Shown: positions 1-8,268 of the stretch, piece by piece
How the letters are laid out: the number at the start of each line of letters is the position of its first letter
Numbering within the stretch: the stretch's first letter is position 1
Source of the DNA: Halobacteriaceae archaeon
GTDB taxonomy: Archaea; Halobacteriota; Halobacteria; Halobacteriales; Halobacteriaceae
Direction: 5' to 3'
Assembly (NCBI GenBank): GCA_042216675.1
Contig: JBDGTS010000001.1
Span: 1-19,246, forward strand
DNA length: 19,246 nt
Program-made: the position numbers and the translations under genes
Notes under the pieces: model-generated
The model's input: only the letters and a program-made list of their open reading frames with translations
Told to the model about the DNA's origin: nothing
The model's database searches: none

Positions 1-111
1 TCGTTGCGGTCAGTGTCGACCTGATTCTAAACGATCTTGCGACGCGACCAAGCGACGTGGGCCTAACCCTCAGTGAGGGAAGCCCACGACTTTAGTCGTG
101 GGAGAAGTCAC
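1..111 (+). mobile_element. Right end of an IS200/IS605-family (IS1341/tnpB-type) element, including the likely omega/sotRNA scaffold 3' region; the element extends beyond the left edge of the window
   Basis: Subterminal hairpin CCCACGAC-TTTA-GTCGTGGG (83-102), preceded by GGGAAG and followed by AGAAG-TCAC (103-111). This is the typical layout of haloarchaeal IS605-group right ends. A second hairpin CCCTCA-G-TGAGGG lies at 67-79. No transposase or tnpB ORF is visible in the window. Confidence 0.75.
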
Positions 112-1811
112 TCGTGGAGGCCGCCGACCTGTTCGTAGAACGAGGACTGGAGTGACTCGACCATCTCTTCTTCGCGGTCGATGCGCGCGTCGATGACGAA
201 CGGCACGTCGGACTCGCTACCCGTTTCGAGGGCGTCGGCGAGTTCGTCGGGCGTCACGGCGCGGGTCGCCTCGGCACCGAACGCTTCGGCGGCCTTGACG
301 AAGTCCGTGTCGTGGAACTCGACGCCGGCGATGTCGCCGTCGTCGTCCTGCATCTGGCGGACCATGCCCAGACTCGTGTCGTTCAGGACGACGAACGTCG
401 GCGCGACGCCGTGTTCGACGGCCGTCTCGACGCTGGTCATCGTCATGGTGAAGCCGCCGTCGCCGGCGACGCCGATGACGTCCTTGTCGGTCGTGATGGC
501 CGCCGACACCGCGGCCGGCGTCGCCCAGCCCATGCTCCCGACGCCGCCACTGCCGTAGTAGGTGCCCGTGTCGGGCGCCTGCAGGTAGTTGAGCAGCCAG
601 AAGCGATTGTTCCCGGAGTCGGCCGTGACGATGGTGTCCTCGTCGACGACGGCCTCTATCTCCTTGACCGCGCGCTGGGGCTTGATGGGCGAGGCGTCAG
701 ACTCGCACGCGGGGTCGTGGAACGACTCGCGTGCCTCGGCGGCCCGGTCGAGTGCCCAGTCGTTCTCGACGTCGTCTGGCAGCGCCTCGGCGAGGTCGGC
801 CATACTCTGGGTGGCGTCGCCGATGAGCGCGACGTCGGCGGGGTAGACCCAGCCAGCGTTGCGCGTGTCGATGTCGGCGTGGATGATGGTCTGTTCGTCC
901 GGGCGGATGAACTCCGGCGCCTGCCAGTTCGTGTCCATCGGGTTGAGTCGCGACCCGACCACGAGCAGCACGTCGGCTTCGCTGACGACCTGGTTGGCGC
1001 CCTCGTGGCCGAACGAACCGATGACGCCCGCCGCGCGCTCGTCGGTCTCGGGGAACGTCGACTTGCCGAGGTAGGACGTGGTGACGACGGCGTCGGTGGC
1101 CTCCGCCACGGCCGCGAGTTCGTCGTACGCGCCCGCGGAGTGGACGCCGTTGCCGGCGATGATGACCGGTCGCTCGGCCTCAGCGAGTGCGTCGACGGCC
1201 GTCGCCACGTCGTCGGCGTCGGGGCGTGCCTGCCAGTTCTGGACCTGGTCGTGACCCTCCCAGACCGGCGGGACGGGGTCCTCGGGCATCTCCTCGGTGA
1301 CGGCGTCGCCGTCGAGGATGACCGCCGTCGGCCCGGAGCGGCCGGCGGTCGAGTGCTTGAACGCCAGCTGGAGGCTGCGAACCGTCTCGGTGGGCGAGCG
1401 CGGGAACCAGTGTTCCTTGGTGTAGGCGTCGAGCGCGGAGGGCAGGTCCAGCCCGCCGTAGTCACCGCGTGCCTGCTGGTAGGGTGCGAGTGTGGAGTAA
1501 TCGCCGCGTTCGCTCGCCTCCGTGATGACGACCATCGGTGAGGACGCGAGTTTGCCTTCCATCTGGCCGATGGCACCCAGGCTGCCGATCCACGGGCCCT
1601 GGCCCGTGAGGACGCCCGGGTCTCCCGTGATGCGGCCGTACACCTCGGCCATGATGCTCGCCTCGCGCTCGTCGCGCGGGCGAACTAGCGTGACGTCGGA
1701 CTCCGGGATGAAATCGAGAATCTCGATGACGCGGCCGCCCGGATAGCCGAACAGGTACTCGACGCCCTGTTCGTCGAGTTCTTCGACGAGTCGCTCGCCA
1801 GTCTCAGTCAT
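108..1811 (-). CDS. Thiamine-diphosphate-dependent enzyme, acetolactate synthase large subunit-like superfamily (substrate unknown)
   Basis: 567 aa. N-terminal LFGYPGG and RDEREA (catalytic Glu), central IIAGNG / ADVLLVVGSRL / IHADID domain, C-terminal ThDP motif GDGGF...NDTSLGMV. No ilvN/ilvC neighbours, so probably catabolic rather than IlvB. Confidence 0.9.
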   Translation of the reverse strand: MTETGERLVEELDEQGVEYLFGYPGGRVIEILDFIPESDVTLVRPRDEREASIMAEVYGRITGDPGVLTGQGPWIGSLGAIGQMEGKLASSPMVVITEASERGDYSTLAPYQQARGDYGGLDLPSALDAYTKEHWFPRSPTETVRSLQLAFKHSTAGRSGPTAVILDGDAVTEEMPEDPVPPVWEGHDQVQNWQARPDADDVATAVDALAEAERPVIIAGNGVHSAGAYDELAAVAEATDAVVTTSYLGKSTFPETDERAAGVIGSFGHEGANQVVSEADVLLVVGSRLNPMDTNWQAPEFIRPDEQTIIHADIDTRNAGWVYPADVALIGDATQSMADLAEALPDDVENDWALDRAAEARESFHDPACESDASPIKPQRAVKEIEAVVDEDTIVTADSGNNRFWLLNYLQAPDTGTYYGSGGVGSMGWATPAAVSAAITTDKDVIGVAGDGGFTMTMTSVETAVEHGVAPTFVVLNDTSLGMVRQMQDDDGDIAGVEFHDTDFVKAAEAFGAEATRAVTPDELADALETGSESDVPFVIDARIDREEEMVESLQSSFYEQVGGLHE

Positions 1812-2130
1812 GGATCTCGTCCAGCTGGACGGTTTCCTCGACGACGAGCGTCGGGCCGGCCTCCAGGTCGATGAACTCGGCGGCGTCGGCCTGGACTGCC
1901 TGGCCGACGTCGGACTCGAACGCCTCGTTGAGTGCTGCCGCGTCGTCGAAGTACAGTTCCAGCACGCCGTCGTAGTCGACGGCGTCGGGGTTCCCTGGGA
2001 CCGACGTGGTGTATTTGCGCAGTCCCGGGAGGTCTTTGGCTATCTCTGCGTGGTCGTTCTGCCAGCGTTCGGCGAACTCCTCGTGGCTGTACCCGTCCTT
2101 ACGGACGAGAAGGTCTACCATCTTTATCAT
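1804..2130 (-). CDS. EthD-family (dimeric alpha-beta barrel) protein
   Basis: Likely start ATG 2130 (MIKMVDLLVRKDGYSHEEFAERWQNDHAEIAKDLPGLRKY...YDGVLELYFDD), the EthD-family pattern; 108 aa. Its stop overlaps the ThDP gene start (ATGACTGA). Confidence 0.85.
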   Translation of the reverse strand: MIKMVDLLVRKDGYSHEEFAERWQNDHAEIAKDLPGLRKYTTSVPGNPDAVDYDGVLELYFDDAAALNEAFESDVGQAVQADAAEFIDLEAGPTLVVEETVQLDEIHD

Positions 2131-2234
2131 GACAGCAGTGTCGATGCATTCGTGGGTCTTTGATTTAACGGTTCCCCACGTATTCACGGAATCACAGCAC
2201 AAACTTCGTGATGTCAAACTTCCACTCGCCAACC

Positions 2235-2262
2235 GTTCGAATAGTTTGAACAAGCTTTTTGT
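2235..2262 (+). promoter_or_regulatory. Palindromic operator-like site (2235-2251) plus BRE/TATA-like box of the iclR promoter
   Basis: GTTCGAATAGTTTGAAC is immediately followed by AAGCTTTTTGT, about 25-30 nt upstream of ATG 2286, which is leaderless haloarchaeal promoter spacing. Confidence 0.6.
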
Positions 2263-2285
2263 GACAGTTCGCCCTGCCTACGGGT

Positions 2286-3056
2286 ATGACGATGCCAGCG
2301 GAGACGACACGGCCGGTCGAAACGGTGGAGCGGGCCTTCGAGATAACAGACTTCCTCAAGGAGAACGGGCCTGCGCCCATCGGCGAGATAACGGACCACC
2401 TCGGCTGTGCGAAAAGTACCGTTCACCGCCACCTGAAGACCCTCGAAGCCAACAGTTTCCTGGTGCAGGAAGACGACGTGTACCGGCTCGGGGTTCGATT
2501 CCTGGACTACGGCGTCGTCGCCCGGGACAAGTACGAACTGTACCACGAGGCGAAACCGAAAGTCGAGGAACTGGCGGAGGAGACTGAAGAGAAAATCTGG
2601 TGTGCGGTCGAGGAACACGGCCGCAGTGTCCACATCCACGGTGCCGAAGGTAAACGCTCAGTTCGTACGTACGCCCGGGTCGGCCACCGAAACTATCTCC
2701 ACCAGCACGCCGCGGGCAAGGCGATTCTCGCGAACCTCCCTGACGACCGCATCGAAGAGATCATCGAGACCTACGGCCTGCCCGCCCGGACGGAACACAC
2801 GATTACAGAACGTAAGGTCCTCTGGGAAGAAATCGAAGCGATTCGCGACCGTGGGTACGCGTTCAACATCGAGGAATCGGTCGAAGACCTCCACGCCATC
2901 GGCGCGCCCATCACAGACGAGGACGGCATTGCAATCGGTTCGATTAGCATCTCCGGCCCCGCGAATCGACTCGAAGGCAACTTTCTGCGCGAGGAACTCC
3001 CGATGCTCCTTCTGGGCACCGTGAACGAAATCACCATCAACCTCGCTCACACCTGA
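2286..3056 (+). CDS. IclR-family transcriptional regulator
   Basis: 256 aa. TVERAFEI..., HTH AKSTVHRHLKTL, YRLG, effector domain HAAGKAILA, TEHTIT, IRDRGYAFNIEE, GSISISGPANRL. Divergent from the EthD-ThDP operon. Confidence 0.95.
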   Translation: MTMPAETTRPVETVERAFEITDFLKENGPAPIGEITDHLGCAKSTVHRHLKTLEANSFLVQEDDVYRLGVRFLDYGVVARDKYELYHEAKPKVEELAEETEEKIWCAVEEHGRSVHIHGAEGKRSVRTYARVGHRNYLHQHAAGKAILANLPDDRIEEIIETYGLPARTEHTITERKVLWEEIEAIRDRGYAFNIEESVEDLHAIGAPITDEDGIAIGSISISGPANRLEGNFLREELPMLLLGTVNEITINLAHT

Positions 3057-3173
3057 CCTGCGGGCACGTCGCTATCGAACAGCGTCCGTCTAGGTCCGCT
3101 AGCGGGTCGCTGTGGCTACTGTGAGCCGCGTTCTGAGCTGTAACTCTGCCTTGTGAGACATACACACGCCATC

Positions 3174-3854
3174 GTTCACTCAGAGTGAACGCATATGTGG
3201 CTACGGGGACGTCTCCACCCTGAATCATCGAACACTCTCGACGTATTCGGCGAAAACTGGTCGATATCGGGTCGAAACGGCCATCCAGCCACGATCTGGG
3301 TCATCACTGCCGAACGCGTCTATTCGAATAGCTCGAACGTAGCGGATTCAGTCACCACGTCGAACGGGAATGAGCGGGACAGTGGGAGTTGGTATCGTAT
3401 CAACCGACCTGCCATTACAATTGTAGTGTTGTAATGGTAGTCGTGTGAGGGACCAGTCCTCTCACTAATGCTATCAGAATATGTACCAGAATGCGGTGTT
3501 CACAGACCCCAAAAGCGACGAATAGCCGAACGTTTCGACACGCCGTGACCCGATGGCTGGCATAATTATGGGGTAGAGTGGGTGGGGAGCTCCTGTACTC
3601 TACGATTCATCCACAATGAACGGTGTCTATTTCCCAGTCGAGGCACTCAACCCGTCCGTGCGGGAATTAACTTAAATCAGCGGCTATTGACGGCTCTTTA
3701 CGTTCTCTCCTGGTCGAAACGAGGCGTACTATCGTCGTTCTGGCATTCGAGTATATGGAACGTGGAGTGCCTTGCCTTCAGCAACGTGTTACGCGCCGGT
3801 ATGACGGCTCACGAACGGGGCAAAAATCGAATATCGTGTTCAACGAGAATGAAT
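3174..3854. repeat. Dispersed array of five 17-bp imperfect palindromes RTTCR-N3-A-N4-GAAY
   Basis: 3174 GTTCACTCAGAGTGAAC; 3322 ATTCGAATAGCTCGAAC; 3605 ATTCATCCACAATGAAC; 3745 ATTCGAGTATATGGAAC; 3838 GTTCAACGAGAATGAAT. The same motif occurs at 2235. Confidence 0.65.
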
Positions 3855-3890
3855 GCCTGTGCTAACCGTTCACGGGGGGCCAAGCGACGC

Positions 3891-4700
3891 TTACTTCCCG
3901 TGCCACTCTGGGTCGCGGTCCTCGAGGAACGCGTCGATACCCTCGTTTTTCTCGCCGGTACCGAACAGTTGCGAGAACAACTCGGCCTCGTACTCGATGC
4001 CGGCTTCCAGGTCCATCCGCGATGCGGCCTTGACTGACTTCTTGGCGAACTCCAGAGCGACCGGACTCTTTGCGGCCATGGACTCGGCGAGGTCGTAGAC
4101 GCTCTCGTCGAAACCGTCGTCTCCGTGGACCTCGTCGACCAGCCCGATGTCCGCGGCTTCCTCAGCGTCGATGAGTTCGCCCGAGAGGATGAGCCGCATG
4201 GCCTGGCCTTCACCGACGAGTCGCGGGAGGCGCTGCGTGCCGCCGCCGCCCGGCATGATGCCGAGGTTGATTTCGGGCTGGCCGATTTTCGCGTCCTCGT
4301 GGGCGATGCGCACGTCACAGGCCTGGATGAGTTCACAACCGCCACCCAGGGCGTGGCCATTGATGCGGGCGATGACGGGAACGGGACAGTCGTCGACGCG
4401 CTCGTACACGCGCGGGCGCTTGCTCGCCTCGCGCTGTGCCAGCATGTCGCGTTCGCGCAGTTCCTTGATGTCGGCGCCCGCGACGAAGGCACCGGTGTCT
4501 TCCGCACCCGTCAGGACGACGACCCGAACGTCGCTCTCCTCGACGGCGTCGAGGACGTCCTTCAGTTCGGCGCGCAGCTGGGCGTTGAGCGCGTTGCGGG
4601 CGTCGGGCCGGGACAGTTCGACGGTGGCGACGTGGTCGATGCGGTCGCCGACCGACGCGTTGACCGTCTCACAGTCGGCGGCGGTGTCCTCGATGGACAT
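3891..4700 (-). CDS. paaF: Enoyl-CoA hydratase (crotonase family), PaaF-like
   Basis: 269 aa. RPDARNALN, AFVAGADIKE, INGHALGGGCEL and GQPEINLGIMPGGGGTQRL, with both catalytic Glu of hydratase-type crotonases. TGATG overlap with the upstream dehydrogenase. The symbol is inferred from context. Confidence 0.85.
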   Translation of the reverse strand: MSIEDTAADCETVNASVGDRIDHVATVELSRPDARNALNAQLRAELKDVLDAVEESDVRVVVLTGAEDTGAFVAGADIKELRERDMLAQREASKRPRVYERVDDCPVPVIARINGHALGGGCELIQACDVRIAHEDAKIGQPEINLGIMPGGGGTQRLPRLVGEGQAMRLILSGELIDAEEAADIGLVDEVHGDDGFDESVYDLAESMAAKSPVALEFAKKSVKAASRMDLEAGIEYEAELFSQLFGTGEKNEGIDAFLEDRDPEWHGK

Positions 4701-5584
4701 CAGTCCTCACCCCAGTCGCCGCTCGTGCCGACGATTTCGCCGTCCTCCCAGACGTAGAACCCTTCGCCGGTCTTCTTGCCGAGGTTCCCGGCGCGGACTT
4801 TCCGTTTGAGAATCTGTGGCGGGCGGAATCGTTCGCCGAGTTCCTCGCGGAGGTACTCCAGGATGTCCAGGCGCACGTCGAGACCGACGACGTCACCGAG
4901 TTCCAGCGGCCCCATCGGGTGGTTGTAGCCGAGTTCCATCGCCGTGTCGATGTCCTCGGGCGAGGCGACACCCTCCTGGACCATCCGGATGGCCTCGACG
5001 CCCAGCGAGACGCCCAGCCGGGAGGAGGCGAAGCCGGGTGCGTCCATGACCTCGACCGGCGTCTTGTCGATGCCCTCGACGAACTCGTGGGCCTGTGCGA
5101 GGGTGTCGTCGCTCGCCTGCTCGGGGACGACGATTTCGACCAGCGCCATGATGTGGACCGGATTGAAGAAGTGGAGGCCGATGGCGCGCTCGGGGTGGTC
5201 CAGCGCGCTCGCGATTTCGGTCAGCGACAGCGACGACGTGTTCGAGGCGATGACGACGTCGCGGTCGACGTGGGATTCGACCTCCGTCACGGTGTCGTGT
5301 TTGATGTCCATGTCCTCGGGCACCGCCTCGACGACGAGGTCGGCGTCCGTCACGGCGTCTTCGAGCGACGTGGTTCCCGACAGGCGGTCCAGCGTCGCCG
5401 CCATCTCCTCGTCGGTCACTTTCCCGCGCTCGACGCCACCCTCGAGATTGGACTCGATGGCAGCCAGTCCGTCGTCGACGATGTCCTCGTCGATGTCTCG
5501 CATACAGACGTCGTGTCCGGCCATGGCCGACACCTGGGCGATGCCGTGGCCCATCGTGCCGGCTCCGAGTACAGCTACTTGCAT
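4700..5584 (-). CDS. paaH: 3-hydroxyacyl-CoA (3-hydroxyadipyl-CoA) dehydrogenase, PaaH-like
   Basis: Rossmann VAVLGAGTMGHGIA, VVEAVPE, SNTSSL, GLHFFNP, HPMGPLEL, GKKTGEGFY. ATG 5584 preferred over GTG 5587. The symbol is inferred from context. Confidence 0.88.
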   Translation of the reverse strand: MQVAVLGAGTMGHGIAQVSAMAGHDVCMRDIDEDIVDDGLAAIESNLEGGVERGKVTDEEMAATLDRLSGTTSLEDAVTDADLVVEAVPEDMDIKHDTVTEVESHVDRDVVIASNTSSLSLTEIASALDHPERAIGLHFFNPVHIMALVEIVVPEQASDDTLAQAHEFVEGIDKTPVEVMDAPGFASSRLGVSLGVEAIRMVQEGVASPEDIDTAMELGYNHPMGPLELGDVVGLDVRLDILEYLREELGERFRPPQILKRKVRAGNLGKKTGEGFYVWEDGEIVGTSGDWGED

Positions 5585-5652
5585 CACTCGGTGGCAACAC
5601 GTGCGGCACCAAAAGCGTTGTCAGCCAGAGGAGACGTGGGTCGCAGCCAGTG

Positions 5653-5660
5653 AATTAATG
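5653..5660 (+). promoter_or_regulatory. TATA-like box of thiolase gene (divergent promoter region 5585-5688)
   Basis: AATTAATG about 30 nt upstream of ATG 5689. A CTTTTG on the minus strand lies about 27 nt upstream of the dehydrogenase start. Confidence 0.5.
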
Positions 5661-5688
5661 TCTCCCTCCCGAGAACGGTGAGACGAGT

Positions 5689-6831
5689 ATGACCGATTCA
5701 GGACAGCGAGCCGTCGTTGTCGACGCCGTCCGAACGCCGATGGCGAAGAAGGACGGCGGCCTCGCCGACGTATACCCCGAAGACCTCGTGACGACCATCC
5801 TCGACGCCCTCGTCGAACGCACGGACGTCCCCGCGACGGCGTGGGAAGATTTCCGCCTGGGCTGTGCGAATCAGGAGAACGAACAGGGCCGGAACCTCGC
5901 CCGGCAGTCGCTGCTGGCCGGCGGGTTCCCGGAATCGGTGCCGGCGTCCACCACGACGCGCCTCTGTGGCTCGTCGCTGACCACGCTCAACGACGCCGCC
6001 CGCGCAATCGAGGCCGGCGATGGCGAGGTCTATCCCGTCGCCGGCGTCGAACAGATGAGCCGGATTCCCTTCTCCGACTGGCTCCACCCCGCCATCGAGG
6101 AGCGCTACGACCCCGACAGGCTCCCGATGGGCCAGACCGCCGAGACCATCGCGCGCCGCCACGACGTCAGCCGCGAGACACAGGACGAGTTCGCCAAGCG
6201 CTCACACGAGCGCGCGGTCGAGGCAGCCGAAAGCGGCCGCTTCGACGACGAACTCGTCCCCGTCGACACCGAGGACGGCACCTTCGACAGCGACGAGACG
6301 CCGCGACCGGGCACCACGGTCGAGAAACTGGGCGAGTTGCCGACCGTCTTCCGCGACGACGACCAGGCGTCGGTCACGCCGGGCAACGCCTCGCCGCTGA
6401 CCGACGGTGCGTCCGGCATGCTCGTCACCTCCGAAGCCTACGCCGAGGAACACGGCCTCGACCCCCTGGCCCGCGTCGAGACGCGCGCCGTTGCCGGCGT
6501 CGACCCGCTGGTCATGGGGAAAGGACCGATTCCCGCGACCCGCGCCGCGCTCGACGACGCCGACCTCACAATCGAGGACGTCGACCTCGTCGAACTCAAC
6601 GAGGCGTTCGCCGCACAGAGCGTCCACTGCGTCCGCGAACTCGGGATTCCCGACGAGAAACTGAACGTCAACGGCGGTGCCCTCGCGCTCGGCCACCCGC
6701 TGGGCTGTTCGGGTGCGCGCATCTCCACGACACTGCTGCACGAGATGGAAAAACAGGACGCGACGTACGGCCTCGCGACGATGTGCGTCGGCTTCGGTCA
6801 GGGCGTCGCGACGATTTTCGAGCGGGTCTGA
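5689..6831 (+). CDS. paaJ: Classical thiolase (acetyl-CoA acyltransferase), PaaJ/PcaF-like
   Basis: 380 aa. DAVRTP, LGCANQ, TRLCGSS (nucleophilic Cys), GNAS..TDGA, ELNEAFAAQ, NGGALALGHPLGCSG, TMCVGFGQG. The symbol is inferred from context. Confidence 0.88.
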   Translation: MTDSGQRAVVVDAVRTPMAKKDGGLADVYPEDLVTTILDALVERTDVPATAWEDFRLGCANQENEQGRNLARQSLLAGGFPESVPASTTTRLCGSSLTTLNDAARAIEAGDGEVYPVAGVEQMSRIPFSDWLHPAIEERYDPDRLPMGQTAETIARRHDVSRETQDEFAKRSHERAVEAAESGRFDDELVPVDTEDGTFDSDETPRPGTTVEKLGELPTVFRDDDQASVTPGNASPLTDGASGMLVTSEAYAEEHGLDPLARVETRAVAGVDPLVMGKGPIPATRAALDDADLTIEDVDLVELNEAFAAQSVHCVRELGIPDEKLNVNGGALALGHPLGCSGARISTTLLHEMEKQDATYGLATMCVGFGQGVATIFERV

Positions 6832-8268
6832 TTACCGACGCGCGTCGGCGACCCGCGCCTTGAAGCCGTAGCGGATGACGCCTTCCTGCGTGTAGATACG
6901 CCGGATGGTCGTCTCCACGTCGGTTCCAACGTCTATCTCCTCTACGCCGCCGGTCAGCACCTGGGTGGGCGCGCTGACCGTCTCCTCACCGTCGGGGCCG
7001 TCGAACGCGACCACGGCGCTGACGAAGGGGCCGCTCTTGGACTGCTGTTCGACGAACTCCGGCGGCGCACCGCCCTGCACGATGGTCGTCACCGCCTCGA
7101 CGGTGCCGGTGCCCGGCAGTTCGACGCGCTCGTACTCGTCGGGCCGCTCGTTGCAGGATTGACAGGCCCCGTCCGGCGGGAAGTTCAGCGCGCCACAGTT
7201 GGGACAGCGGCCAGCGAGCAGGCGGTGGCGCTGGGGAATCGTCCGCTGCCAGGAGGGGACAGACACGTACGCGCCGCCGCCCTCGGGTTCGTCGCTGGTA
7301 ATCTCGCCACGCCGACGGAGGTACTCGGCGTAGGTCAGGTCGGTGTCGCCCGCCAGCGCCGTCTCGACCGGCACGTCGCCGTCGAGGACGAAGACGTTCG
7401 CGCCCGCGCCGCTTCCGTACGCGGCCAGGAGGAGGCGTTCGGCGCCGTCGTCGAGCGCCGTCGCGACGCCGAGGAACGCGCTCGCCGCGCCGGTGTCGCC
7501 GAGCGAACTCACCGTCTCCGCGTCGGCGATGGCACCTGCGCTGACGCCCAGTGCGTCCGTCGCGCGGTAGGGGAGTTTCCCGTCGGGCGACTGCACCGCC
7601 GCCGCGTCGACCTCGAGGTCCGCGTCGAGCGCGTCCGTGGCCGCGTCGAGCGTCGCCGTGAACGACTGGCGGTCGTACTGTGTAACGCCCAGGCCGGTAG
7701 TCTCGTCGTCACCGGTCGGCCGGAACCGCGTCCCCGGGTACGATTCGACGTGGGACGCGCGGTCGACGACCGTGCCTGCACTCTGCCCGTCGAGGACGAA
7801 CGCCGCGGCACCGGCACCGGCCGCGTGTTCGCGCTCGCTGTCGGGTTCGCCCCGGGGGCAGTCGCTGGCGACGACCAGCGCGACGTCGTCGCCCCACGGT
7901 CCCGCGTCGAGGGCACCGTCGAGCGCCTGCGCACCGGCACGGGTACTCCCCGTCACCGTGCGCGTCGTCACGTCGTCGGGCGCGCCGAGCATGCTGACCA
8001 CGCGCGCGTTGAGGTCCTCTTCGGCCATCGGTGGCGTCGTCGTCCCGAATGCCAGGTGCGCGACGTCGGCACCGTCGCGGCCGGCGGCGTCGAGCGCCCG
8101 CCGGGCCGCCTCGACGGCCATCGTGACCGCGTCCTCGTCTGCCTCGGGGACGGCCTTCTCCTCGATGCCGGACGCGTGGAACTGTCCCCAGGCGTCCTGG
8201 AACGCTTCGGCGTCGATGCGGAGCCGTGGCGCGTACGCACCCACGCCCGCGATGGAGACGTCCGTCAT
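6832..8268 (-). CDS. HMG-CoA-synthase-like domain fused to a Zn-ribbon/OB-fold (DUF35) domain; partner subunit of the archaeal thiolase
   Basis: Start ATG 8268 (MTDVSIAGVGAYAPRLRI) with SD GGAGGTG and ATGA overlap with the thiolase stop; 478 aa. EKAVP..DEDAVTMAVEA, LGDTGAAS, AAYGSGAG, then C-terminal CPNC...CQSC and TTIRRIY...YGFK. Confidence 0.88.
   Translation of the reverse strand: MTDVSIAGVGAYAPRLRIDAEAFQDAWGQFHASGIEEKAVPEADEDAVTMAVEAARRALDAAGRDGADVAHLAFGTTTPPMAEEDLNARVVSMLGAPDDVTTRTVTGSTRAGAQALDGALDAGPWGDDVALVVASDCPRGEPDSEREHAAGAGAAAFVLDGQSAGTVVDRASHVESYPGTRFRPTGDDETTGLGVTQYDRQSFTATLDAATDALDADLEVDAAAVQSPDGKLPYRATDALGVSAGAIADAETVSSLGDTGAASAFLGVATALDDGAERLLLAAYGSGAGANVFVLDGDVPVETALAGDTDLTYAEYLRRRGEITSDEPEGGGAYVSVPSWQRTIPQRHRLLAGRCPNCGALNFPPDGACQSCNERPDEYERVELPGTGTVEAVTTIVQGGAPPEFVEQQSKSGPFVSAVVAFDGPDGEETVSAPTQVLTGGVEEIDVGTDVETTIRRIYTQEGVIRYGFKARVADARR

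Noticed and set aside
108-1811. Calling the ThDP enzyme ilvB
   Set aside because: There is no regulatory subunit or ilv context, and family motifs alone do not establish acetolactate synthase activity.
3464-3480. Possible extra palindrome copy that would make the spacing regular at about 141 bp
   Set aside because: ACTAATGCTATCAGAAT matches only the right half-site, too degenerate to count.
3174-3854. Palindrome array as a CRISPR array
   Set aside because: Repeats are only 17 bp, degenerate, and spaced 93-283 bp apart, with no cas genes.
3037-4037. Small ORFs in the gap (3037..3228 -, 3195..3434 +, 3582..4037 +)
   Set aside because: They have non-acidic composition, lack haloarchaeal codon bias and motifs, and two overlap real genes.
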